Of a DNA stretch of 47,490 bases, positions 36,497 through 45,242 are shown piece after piece. The position numbers were made by a program, and so were the translations under genes. Position 1 is the stretch's first letter. Each line of letters begins with the position of its first letter. The notes beneath the pieces were generated by a model that worked only from the letters and a program-made list of their open reading frames with translations, was not told the DNA's origin and made no database searches. The stretch is from Candidatus Latescibacterota bacterium (lineage in GTDB: Bacteria > Latescibacterota > UBA2968): assembly GCA_038279365.1 (NCBI GenBank), contig JAYODI010000020.1:19956-67445 (forward strand), written 5' to 3'.

Positions 36497-37851
36497 GCCA
36501 AAATACCTCGAGCAAAATCGGTGAGGGTATCATCACGCGCACCCATAATCACAATGCGATCTCCTGTTTTTGCTTCACGCACCAAGTGGGCCTGAATGGC
36601 GTCTCGGGTGGCCAAGAATGTGGCATTGCGGTTTTGTTGGGCAATGGCGTCTATGAGGTGGGCTGAGGAGATGTCTTTTTGGGCGGTGCCACCGGCATAA
36701 AAAATTTCGGGCATGATCAAATGGTCTTGTTCGTCTAATCCTTGGGAAAAAGCCGCAATGAGGCCGTCTTTGAGCAAGCGTGTGGGGGCAAATCCGTGAG
36801 GTTGAAAAACGACCCAGAGGCGGCCTGGTTGGGCTTTGAGCGCGGCCAATGAGGCCGCAATTTTGTCGGGGTTGTGGGCAAAATCGTCAATGATCACGAT
36901 GCCATTTTTTTGACCGATCATTTGAAGGCGGCGACCAATGCCTTTAAATGATAACAGCGCTTCGGTTGCTTCTTGAATGGAAACACCAATGGCTTCACAA
37001 GCGGCAATGGCGGCTAAGGCATTGGCAATGTTGTGGTGGCCGGGCACATAGAGCCGACAGGGTATGCCATTGGCTTGGAAGGTTGCGCCATCGGGTAAGA
37101 GCTGGATGTGTGTGGCATTTATGTTGGCCTGTGGGTTTTCAAGGCCAAAGGTGATGCGGGTATGTAAGCGTTGGGTGAGGTTGGCAGAATGTTGGCAATC
37201 TAAGTTGACAATGGCGGCGTTTTTGGCGCGCTGACAAAAATCTCCAAAGAGTTTTTCCAACTCTTCAATGGGTTTGTGGTCGAGTGAGATGTTGGTCAAC
37301 ACCGCCACGGTGGGGTCATAAAGGGCAATGGTGCCGTCGCTTTCATCTGCTTCTACCACGGGTAGGTTGGGGGCACCGCAAATGGCATTGCCCAAGTGGG
37401 GTGGGTCAACGGCATTGAGCATGATGCCGCCATTGATCACGGTGGGGTTGCGTTTGGTTTGGTGAAGCACGTGGCCAATCATACCCGTAACGGTGGTTTT
37501 GCCACTGGTGCCGCCTATTGCAATGCCTTCTCCTTGGTTGAATAACCACGCGAGAATTTCGGCGCGCTTTTGAATGGGCAAGTCGAGGTCGAGTGCGGCT
37601 TTGACATCGGGAATGGTCGGTTCTACCGCACTGGAAACCACAAGCGTGTCTACACTTTTGTCCACGCCCGATCCATCTTGTGGGTAAAGGTGCATGCCCA
37701 ATTGGGTTAAATTTTGATACAATTGGGCATTTTTACCTTGGTCATAGCTTCGGTCAGAACCTCGAACGGTATGACCGTTGTGCAAGAGCACCTGGGCAAT
37801 GGCACTCATGCCCGAACCGCCAATACCGCAAAAGAAGAATGTTTTTGACAT
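36484..37851 (-). CDS. murC: MurC/Mpl-family UDP-MurNAc ligase
   Basis: CGIGGSGMSAIA, GTSGKTT, EADESDG, TNISLDH, FKGIGRR, DDFAHNP, FQPH; overlaps ldcA and is not in a dcw cluster, so could be a recycling paralog. Confidence 0.8.
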   Translation of the reverse strand: MSKTFFFCGIGGSGMSAIAQVLLHNGHTVRGSDRSYDQGKNAQLYQNLTQLGMHLYPQDGSGVDKSVDTLVVSSAVEPTIPDVKAALDLDLPIQKRAEILAWLFNQGEGIAIGGTSGKTTVTGMIGHVLHQTKRNPTVINGGIMLNAVDPPHLGNAICGAPNLPVVEADESDGTIALYDPTVAVLTNISLDHKPIEELEKLFGDFCQRAKNAAIVNLDCQHSANLTQRLHTRITFGLENPQANINATHIQLLPDGATFQANGIPCRLYVPGHHNIANALAAIAACEAIGVSIQEATEALLSFKGIGRRLQMIGQKNGIVIIDDFAHNPDKIAASLAALKAQPGRLWVVFQPHGFAPTRLLKDGLIAAFSQGLDEQDHLIMPEIFYAGGTAQKDISSAHLIDAIAQQNRNATFLATRDAIQAHLVREAKTGDRIVIMGARDDTLTDFARGILACLS

Positions 37852-37925
37852 AAAATTCCCTGTCGCACGGTCTCCGTGCCTTTGTGTTTTTATTGTGTGA
37901 TATGTTGAACCTGCGACTATTAAAT

Positions 37926-38948
37926 TTAATCCTTTGTCAAAGGATCACGCCCTTTTACAATTTCTTCACCATCCGACATGCCGTCGCCATCGGTGTCTTT
38001 TTTGAGCGGGTCGGTGCGGTAGGTGATGACTTCTTGGCCGTCGCTTAGGCCATCGCCATCGGTGTCTGATTGGTGAGGGTTGGTTTTATAGGCACGTACT
38101 TCTTCACTGTCAATCAGGCCATCGGCATCGCTGTCTAACTGGTTGGGGTTGGTAAAGTACTGACGTACTTCTTCATAGTCTGTGAGGCCATCTTTGTCGG
38201 TGTCACTTTGATCGGGGTTGGTGTGATAGATGTTGAGTTCGTCTTGGTCTGAGAGGCCATCTTGGTCGTCATCTAAAGATTCTAAGACGGGTATTTTTTT
38301 AGATTTTGGTATGGACTTAGGCGGTCTGGGTTTGATGTAGGTGCCAAATGTGAAGCCTGCTGTCCAATGAAAAAAACCGTCATTTCCTTTAACGAGAATG
38401 GCACTGTTTAGATCATCTCGGTAGGTATAAGTGTATCCACTGAGCACTTCAAAACGGATGTGTTTGGTCAGGGGAAATTGAAAACCAAATCCACCAGGAA
38501 TGATGGGGGTCCAGCCTGTTTTTTTTGCGTCAGGTGTGCTTTGAGGTGAAAACAGTTGAATGTTGTGCCAGGTGAGGCCTGTGCCAATATAAACCAAAGG
38601 GTGTATGCGCCGACCTCGCCACGGTTTGAAAACGAGTTTCAGTTCTCCTAACCAAACATCTGTGCTGTAACCAATGCCTTCATATTGACCATATCCTCCC
38701 CCAATTTCAAGGAGAATATATCGTTTCAGATTACCTCGAAAAAACACATACGCATTGATGCCGTAATGGTCTTGTAATTCTGTATCGGCAAAAAGTTGTC
38801 CCACACGAATACCACCATTCCAAACTTCTGGGGTTTGAGCCTGCGTGGGGGATGATATGGTGAAGCAGAGTGTTAGACAGATAACAATTACACGAAATCC
38901 CAATATGGTTCTCCTGCCAAGTGTTTGTTTGAGACAAGTATTGTCCAT
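37926..38948 (-). CDS. Outer-membrane beta-barrel protein with C-terminal Ca-binding (TSP3-like) repeats
   Basis: Signal peptide ending TQA-Q; amphipathic beta strands (PLVYIGTG, GGFGFQF, WTAGFTF); five ~23-aa DxDxDGLxDxxE...TNP repeats (37929-38273). Confidence 0.8.
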   Translation of the reverse strand: MDNTCLKQTLGRRTILGFRVIVICLTLCFTISSPTQAQTPEVWNGGIRVGQLFADTELQDHYGINAYVFFRGNLKRYILLEIGGGYGQYEGIGYSTDVWLGELKLVFKPWRGRRIHPLVYIGTGLTWHNIQLFSPQSTPDAKKTGWTPIIPGGFGFQFPLTKHIRFEVLSGYTYTYRDDLNSAILVKGNDGFFHWTAGFTFGTYIKPRPPKSIPKSKKIPVLESLDDDQDGLSDQDELNIYHTNPDQSDTDKDGLTDYEEVRQYFTNPNQLDSDADGLIDSEEVRAYKTNPHQSDTDGDGLSDGQEVITYRTDPLKKDTDGDGMSDGEEIVKGRDPLTKD

Positions 38949-38975
38949 AAAATAGTATTAAATTTCGTTTTAGAC

Positions 38976-39013
38976 AAAAAAATAGACGTTCTCGTAATAA
39001 GAGAACGTCTGTT
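38976..39013 (-). terminator. Intrinsic terminator of the DUF5610 operon
   Basis: AATAGACGTTCTC-gtaataa-GAGAACGTCTGTT; the A-run on the left is the U-tail on the minus strand. Confidence 0.8.
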
Positions 39014-39046
39014 CTGTTTTTGAATGGCTCGTTTAAAAGAACTTTG

Positions 39047-39235
39047 TTATCCCACCATGTCAACAACACTGCCTTGTCCACTGACCGAAGCGGTGTTGGT
39101 GGGCGATTGCAGATTCTGTGAGAGCGAAATCTTTGCCATTTTCAAGGCCAAATCGGTTTGGGCGTTTTGTGCTTGTCCAACCACCGACTGGATGAGATTG
39201 CTTGCCATTTGGGTTTGTACTTGGTCCATTTTCAT
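39047..39235 (-). CDS. YjfB-like small putative motility protein
   Basis: 62 aa, Q/S-rich, ends GQGSVVDMVG, resembling the G..lD C-terminus of YjfB; 3 bp after DUF5610. Confidence 0.55.
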   Translation of the reverse strand: MKMDQVQTQMASNLIQSVVGQAQNAQTDLALKMAKISLSQNLQSPTNTASVSGQGSVVDMVG

Positions 39236-39238
39236 AAA

Positions 39239-39829
39239 CTATGCCTCCACGGTGGTTGCTGGGGGAGTATCGTTATTCGGTGTTGAAAGTTGTAAGTTCT
39301 GAAATTCATCCAAATATTTGTTTGTGAGTTCAAAGGTTTGGTCTATGTCTTTTTCAATGGCATCGCTCAATTTGGTAATGCCTTTTAAAAAGTCACGGGC
39401 TTGCAAAAAGCCTTCTTCAATGGCATTGCGTGTGAGAGACATGAAACCTTGTATTTGTACGCCGTGGTCTTCGCCCAAGTGGTTTTGGCGATATTTGTCA
39501 AGAAACCCTGTCGCAAAATCGACAATGCGCCGCGCGGTGCCTTCTGGCGATGTGTCTACTTTGCCCGATTGGCCGTCTTCTACTTTTAGATCAATACCGG
39601 CTTCTTGGAGCGCTTTGTTGATTTGCTCAACGACCGAGTCAAACATGATGCCATTGGCGGTTTCTACCGTTAAATTGGCAGAAATCGAGATTTCCACGCG
39701 ATCTTTGGTTTGCTGTGTCGCTTGTGTTTTGGGGGTGTCCGGTGCGCCTTGAGATTCACGCGTTTTGGTGCGTTGGGCGCGATATTGGGCCAATAAGGCT
39801 TCGGTATGTAGGTCGGTATGAATGGGCAT
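39239..39829 (-). CDS. DUF5610-domain protein
   Basis: DTSPEGTARRIVDFATGF..KY, AIEEGFLQARDFL, IDQTFEL; N-terminal DRVEIS. Confidence 0.7.
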   Translation of the reverse strand: MPIHTDLHTEALLAQYRAQRTKTRESQGAPDTPKTQATQQTKDRVEISISANLTVETANGIMFDSVVEQINKALQEAGIDLKVEDGQSGKVDTSPEGTARRIVDFATGFLDKYRQNHLGEDHGVQIQGFMSLTRNAIEEGFLQARDFLKGITKLSDAIEKDIDQTFELTNKYLDEFQNLQLSTPNNDTPPATTVEA

Positions 39830-39874
39830 GGCCTTTGTCTTTCAAAGACGGATTTTTTTTCTCCCTATTCTTCA

Positions 39875-39901
39875 TGATCGGCAAGATGTTTAAAATCTTT
39901 A
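39875..39901 (-). promoter_or_regulatory. Putative sigma28 promoter
   Basis: Minus strand TAAAGATT-N11-GCCGATCA. Confidence 0.7.
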
Positions 39902-40037
39902 ATTTTTATTTTTTAATACCAAGTATTTATTTTGCTGACGTTTAGGTGTTTTGGGTTTATTTTATAGCTGTGGCTTTGATAAGTTGGGGTGTTCGATGTT
40001 GATTTTGACGCTTTGTATCTTCTTAAATGGAGTGTAT

Positions 40038-40781
40038 ATGTCTTTTATGAATATTGCCCATCGTGGGCTTTCGTCGCAATTTCCTGAAAATACGCTACTT
40101 GCTTTTCAAAAAGCATTGGATATTGGCATTGATTGGATGGAATTTGATCTGCAAATTACATCCGATGGTCACTTGGTGGTGATGCACGATAAAACCGTTG
40201 ATCGCACCACAAATGGCAGCGGGTTGGTTTCGGATTTGACCTTGTCACAGGTTTTAACTTTGGATGCTGGAGCGCATTTGGGTGCCCAATTTGCGGGGGA
40301 AGGCGTGCCCACATTTGAAGCGGTCTTGGATTTGTTGGCGGGCAAGGCCAAGATGGCTGTGGAGTTGAAGTTTGAAGGGCTTGAGCCGATTGCTCAGGTG
40401 CTGGATATTTTGGAGAATCGAAATTTGATGGATCAGGTGTCTATTTCGTCTTTTGATTTGAACAAATTGCCTGAGGTCAAACGGCTCTGTTCGGCTTGTT
40501 CAACAACGGCCTTGGTTAAACCTGGAAAAGATCTGTCTATCCACTGGGTAAAAGAAGTTCAAAAGTATGGGGCAGACGTTTTTGGGCCATTGCACGCTGA
40601 TACCACACAAGAGATGGTGGATATGGCCCATGACGAAGGTTTGGTTGTGCGGTGCTGGGGCTTGGGTAAAGATCAAGGGCCCGCGTTGGAGCGGATGATC
40701 GATTTGGGTGTGGATGGGATGACGACCGATTGTCCTGATGTGTTGCAGGGCATATTAAAACGGCGACAGATGGTATCTTAA
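40038..40781 (+). CDS. Glycerophosphodiester phosphodiesterase
   Basis: IAHRG, PENTL.AF, EFDLQITSDG.LVVMHD.TVDRTTNG, VELK, SSFD, GVDGMTTD.P; GGAG RBS. Confidence 0.92.
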   Translation: MSFMNIAHRGLSSQFPENTLLAFQKALDIGIDWMEFDLQITSDGHLVVMHDKTVDRTTNGSGLVSDLTLSQVLTLDAGAHLGAQFAGEGVPTFEAVLDLLAGKAKMAVELKFEGLEPIAQVLDILENRNLMDQVSISSFDLNKLPEVKRLCSACSTTALVKPGKDLSIHWVKEVQKYGADVFGPLHADTTQEMVDMAHDEGLVVRCWGLGKDQGPALERMIDLGVDGMTTDCPDVLQGILKRRQMVS

Positions 40782-40797
40782 TGTTGTTTTAGGATAT

Positions 40798-40826
40798 TTG
40801 ACTCGTATTACATCTTCCTGTATATT
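40798..40826 (+). promoter_or_regulatory. Putative sigma70 promoter
   Basis: TTGACT-N17-TATATT. Confidence 0.55.
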
Positions 40827-40845
40827 CTGGCGGTTAAAGAAAACC

Positions 40846-40943
40846 AGTCACTGGTCTCAGGTCTTCAGGTCATAGGTCAAAACCCTGATGAATTAAAGTT
40901 TGTGACTTGTAGACTTGCGACTTGTGACTTGTGACCATTGACC
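40846..40943. repeat. Heptamer-built palindromic element, copy D
   Basis: AGTCACT GGTCTCA GGTCTTCA GGTCATA GGTCAAA ... TGTGACT TGTAGACT TGCGACT TGTGACT TGTGACC. Confidence 0.85.
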
Positions 40944-40961
40944 TTTTAAGAGGATCTCCAA

Positions 40962-42164
40962 ATGGAAGGCATGTATCGTTTTGTATTAACCGACGTTGAA
41001 CAAGCGCAGTGGATTGACGCTTGGGATGTAGATGAAAAAACGTTGCCTTTGGGCACGGGGCATACGTGGCGGGTACAAAAGACCACGCTTAAAGGCGGTT
41101 TGCAAGATGGTGTCGATTTGATCGAAGTGGATAATGGTGCATTGTCCTTTTTCATTGTGCCTTCTCGTGGAATGGGCATTTGGAAGGGGATTTATCGCGG
41201 GATTCCGTTGGGGTGGGAGTCGCCCGTGCGCGATTTGGTACATCCATCTTTTGTTGAGTTGAATGACCGCGGTGGGTTGGGGTGGCTCAAGGGGTTTAAT
41301 GAGTGGATCGTGCGGTGTGGTTTAGACAGCAATGGGGCACCCGGAAAAGATGTGGTGATTGATAACAATGGCAATGAAGCTGAGGTGTTTGTGCCTTTGC
41401 ATGGCAAAATTGCCAACACACCGGCGCGCCATGTGGAAGTGCGCATCGATTTGGCGTCACCGCATCGCATTACGGTGGTGGGCATTGTGGATGAGACAAT
41501 GATGTTTGGCCCCGCGTTGCGATTGACCACAGAGATTTCAACCGAGCTGGGTTCCAATACATTAACGATACGTGATCAAGTAACCAATTTGAATGCGTCA
41601 CCAGCAGAAGTTCAGTTGTTGTATCACTGCAATTATGGTGCGCCTTTGTTGGAAGCGGGTTCGTCTTTGGTGGCGCCCTTTAAAACGGTGTCGCCACGCG
41701 ACCCTCGCGCACAAGAAGATATGAAAACGTATGATGCGTTTAAAGGCCCCGAATCGGGTTATGTGGAGCAAGTGTATTTTTATGAGTTGGCAGGCAAACG
41801 GGGCAGTCGCGAGACAACGGTGTTGCTTAAAAATGCCGATGGCAGTTTGGGGTCTTCACTTCAGTTTTCGCTCAAGCAAATGCCTTGTTTTTCGTTGTGG
41901 AAAAATACTGCGGCTGTTGAAAATGGGTATGTGACAGGTTTGGAACCGGCCACCAATTACCCCAATGTGAAACGTTTTGAGCGGGAGGCCGGGCGCGTTG
42001 TCCAACTCAAGGGTGGCGAAACACAATCTTATGACTTAACGGTGGCCGTGCACGATTCACGACGTGAGGTGCAAGCTGTCGAACGCGAGATTAAACAAAT
42101 TCAAAAGACGGTGAAACCAAAGGTGAGCCCAGATATCATTTCTCGGCTTTCATCTGCTGGCTAA
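40962..42164 (+). CDS. Aldose 1-epimerase-family protein (DUF4432)
   Basis: LKGGLQDGVD, VPSRGMGI, LGWESPV, RCGL, PLHGKIAN, LYHCNYG, YVTGLEP.T. Confidence 0.85.
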   Translation: MEGMYRFVLTDVEQAQWIDAWDVDEKTLPLGTGHTWRVQKTTLKGGLQDGVDLIEVDNGALSFFIVPSRGMGIWKGIYRGIPLGWESPVRDLVHPSFVELNDRGGLGWLKGFNEWIVRCGLDSNGAPGKDVVIDNNGNEAEVFVPLHGKIANTPARHVEVRIDLASPHRITVVGIVDETMMFGPALRLTTEISTELGSNTLTIRDQVTNLNASPAEVQLLYHCNYGAPLLEAGSSLVAPFKTVSPRDPRAQEDMKTYDAFKGPESGYVEQVYFYELAGKRGSRETTVLLKNADGSLGSSLQFSLKQMPCFSLWKNTAAVENGYVTGLEPATNYPNVKRFEREAGRVVQLKGGETQSYDLTVAVHDSRREVQAVEREIKQIQKTVKPKVSPDIISRLSSAG

Positions 42165-42176
42165 AAGAGGATTTTT

Positions 42177-45158
42177 GTGGATAAGAAACTTAATTTTCAA
42201 GATATCATTATGCGCTTAGAGCGCTTTTGGGCTGATCAGGGCTGTATTGTTTGGCAACCTTATTCCGAAAAAGTGGGTGCCGGTACCATGAATGCCGCAA
42301 CGGTGTTGCGCGTGTTGGGCCCCGAAACGTGGAATGTGGCTTATGTTGAGCCGAGCTACCGGCCCGATGATGGTCGTTTTGGTGAAAACCCAAATCGCAT
42401 GCAGATGCACACGCAATATCAGGTGATTTTAAAACCCGATCCAGGCAATCCACAAGAGTTGTATTTAAAAAGCTTGGAAGCCTTGGGTTTAGATCGCAAG
42501 CAACACGATATTCGGTTTGTGGAAGACAACTGGGAGTCGCCTGCTTTGGGTGCGTGGGGGTTGGGGTGGGAGGTGTGGTTGGATGGCATGGAGATTACGC
42601 AGTTTACCTATTTCCAACAAGCTGGTGGGATGCCACTTGACCCTGTGGCCGTGGAAATTACGTATGGACTTGAGCGCATTGCCATGTATTTGCAAGAAGT
42701 GAACGAAGTGTGGCAGTTGCAGTGGAATGATACGGTGACGTATGGCGATATTTTGAAAAAGCAAGAAATTGAATATTGCAATTATGAGTTTTATTGGGCC
42801 AATGTAGATCGGCTTAAAACGATGTACGACATTTTTGTGGCCGAGGCCAAAAGTGCCTTGGATCGCGAATTGGTGATTCCGGCACATGATTATGTGCTTC
42901 GGTGTTCACACACGTTTAATTTGCTCGATACACGCGGTGCCATTGGCGTTACGGAGCGGGCGCGGTTTTTTGCCGAGATGCGCGATTTGTCGCGGCAAGT
43001 TGCCGAAACATTTGCCAAACAACGCGAAGACGAAGGTCACCCGATGGCGTTTGTGGCAACACCTGTTCAGGTATCAGATGTTCAGGTGGCTGATTTGCCC
43101 GATGTGGATGCGGCCGATTTGTTGCTTGAAATAGGTACGGAAGAGTTGCCTCCTGCCGATGTGGTGCGGGCCATTGAACAGCTAAAGACGTTGATGCCCG
43201 AACGTTTGAAAGAGGCTGGTTTGACATTTGATGGTGTTGAGGCCAGTGGCACACCTCGTCGACAATATGTGTGTGTGAAAAATTTATTGGGTCGTCAGCC
43301 CGACGAAACCAAACAGGCGCGTGGGCCAGCTATTCGTGTGTCGTTTGATGAAAATGGCAATCCCACCAAGGCCCTTCAAGGGTTTTGCCGTGGGCAAGGC
43401 ATAGATCCTGCCGATGTGGAACAGCGCGATGAACATGTGTGGGCCACGGTTAAAACGGTGGGGCAAAAGACACAGGTTATTTTGGCCAGCTTGTTGCCTG
43501 AGGTGATTGGCAAACTGAGTTTTGGAAAAACGATGCGTTGGCATTCCGATGGGGTTGCATATCCTCGGCCATTGCGTTGGATTGTGGCCTTGTTTGGCGA
43601 TCAGATCATTCCATTTGTTTATGCACGTGCTGTCTCAGGGCGAATCAGTCGAGGATTGCGACCCGATCAATCACCCGACATTGAGATCGCATCGGCATCT
43701 GATTATCATGCCCAAATGGAAAAAGCAGGTGTTTTGGTTGACCGTGAAAAACGCCGTGCGGCCATTTGGAAGATGGTTACTGAGCGTGCCAATGATGCTG
43801 GAGGTGTGGTCAAAGAAGATCCCGATTTGCTCGATGAAGTGACCGATTTGGTCGAAGCCCCTCATGCATTGGGTGGTGCTTTTGACAAAAAACACTTGGC
43901 TCTGCCCAGTGAGGTATTGATTTCGGTCATGAAAAAGCACCAACGTTATTTTCCTGTGTTTGATGCCCAGGGCCAATTGATGCCGTGTTTTATTACGGTT
44001 TCCAATGGCCAACCCAGCAATCCTGCACTTGTCATTCGTGGCAATGAAGGTGTGGTGCGTGCCCGTTATGCCGATGCCGAATTTTTCTTTAAGGACGATA
44101 CCCAAAAGAAATTGGCCGACTTTTTACCTCGTTTGGACACGATGACGTTTCAAGAGAAATTGGGCTCCATGCGCGACAAGTCGCAACGCGTGGAAAAATT
44201 GGTGGCCGATTTGGCCAACGACCTGGGTTTGGCAGGTGAAGATTTGAAATCTGCTGTGCGTGCGGCCACTTTGTGCAAGGCCGATTTGGCAACCAGTATG
44301 GTGGTTGAGATGACGTCTTTACAAGGGGTTATAGGGCGATACTATGCACTTGCTTCTGGCGAATCTGAAGCGGTTGCCCAGGCTATTGAAGGCCACTATC
44401 ACCCGCGTTTTCCAGGTGATACATTGCCCGATACATTGCCGGGTTTGGCGGTTTCTGTGGCGGATCGATTGGACAGTTTGGCAGGGCTTTTTGGTGTGGG
44501 CATCAAACCCCGCTCGATGTCTGATCCATATGGATTGCGCCGTGATGCATTGGGTTTGTTGGCCAATTTGGTTGGACAAGAGGTGCATTTTTCACTGCGC
44601 CGTGGTTTAAAAGCCGCTGCATTGCATTTGCCGGTAAAGGCCGATGACGAGGCGTTGGATAGCGCGGTTGAGTTTGTGATTCGTCGTTTTGAAGTGCAAT
44701 TGCGCGATGAGGGTTTGCGTCACGATGCCATTTCGGCTGTTGTTGCTACGGGTTTGGACGATCCTTATGAAATGAGACGCATTGCACAGGCATTTACTGT
44801 GCTTATTGGAACGGATGCTTGGCGCGATATTTTACATGCCCATTCGCGTTGTAAACGCATTGTGCGTGACTTGGATGAAACGTTTGCGCTTAATCCTGGT
44901 GTGGATCCTGATCCATCATCCCTGGCATTGCACGAAGCCACAGAAGCGGCGTGGCAGAAAATGGATGCTTCGGAAGATAAGTTGACCACACTGCTTGATG
45001 TGATGGCCGAGTTGCGCGAACCCATCAATGCGTTTTTTGAAGCGGTGTTGGTGATGGCCAAAGAGCCCGAGTTAAAAACGGCCCGTTTGGCATTGGTTCA
45101 GCGCATTGCCGCCTTGCCCAATGGCATTGTCGATTTGAGCCAGTTTGAAGGGTTTTAG
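42177..45158 (+). CDS. glyQS: Glycine--tRNA ligase, fused alpha+beta subunits
   Basis: Alpha motifs ([41 protein letters not shown]) in frame with beta motifs ([22 protein letters not shown]...MV.E, DPYGLRR, R.ALV). Confidence 0.96.
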   Translation: MDKKLNFQDIIMRLERFWADQGCIVWQPYSEKVGAGTMNAATVLRVLGPETWNVAYVEPSYRPDDGRFGENPNRMQMHTQYQVILKPDPGNPQELYLKSLEALGLDRKQHDIRFVEDNWESPALGAWGLGWEVWLDGMEITQFTYFQQAGGMPLDPVAVEITYGLERIAMYLQEVNEVWQLQWNDTVTYGDILKKQEIEYCNYEFYWANVDRLKTMYDIFVAEAKSALDRELVIPAHDYVLRCSHTFNLLDTRGAIGVTERARFFAEMRDLSRQVAETFAKQREDEGHPMAFVATPVQVSDVQVADLPDVDAADLLLEIGTEELPPADVVRAIEQLKTLMPERLKEAGLTFDGVEASGTPRRQYVCVKNLLGRQPDETKQARGPAIRVSFDENGNPTKALQGFCRGQGIDPADVEQRDEHVWATVKTVGQKTQVILASLLPEVIGKLSFGKTMRWHSDGVAYPRPLRWIVALFGDQIIPFVYARAVSGRISRGLRPDQSPDIEIASASDYHAQMEKAGVLVDREKRRAAIWKMVTERANDAGGVVKEDPDLLDEVTDLVEAPHALGGAFDKKHLALPSEVLISVMKKHQRYFPVFDAQGQLMPCFITVSNGQPSNPALVIRGNEGVVRARYADAEFFFKDDTQKKLADFLPRLDTMTFQEKLGSMRDKSQRVEKLVADLANDLGLAGEDLKSAVRAATLCKADLATSMVVEMTSLQGVIGRYYALASGESEAVAQAIEGHYHPRFPGDTLPDTLPGLAVSVADRLDSLAGLFGVGIKPRSMSDPYGLRRDALGLLANLVGQEVHFSLRRGLKAAALHLPVKADDEALDSAVEFVIRRFEVQLRDEGLRHDAISAVVATGLDDPYEMRRIAQAFTVLIGTDAWRDILHAHSRCKRIVRDLDETFALNPGVDPDPSSLALHEATEAAWQKMDASEDKLTTLLDVMAELREPINAFFEAVLVMAKEPELKTARLALVQRIAALPNGIVDLSQFEGF

Positions 45159-45242
45159 GCAGATGTTTTTTTTAAGATAGAAACAATTTTTTTAGGTGAG
45201 CCTGTCGTATGAGACAGGATCACTTTTGTTATGGGTGTGTTT

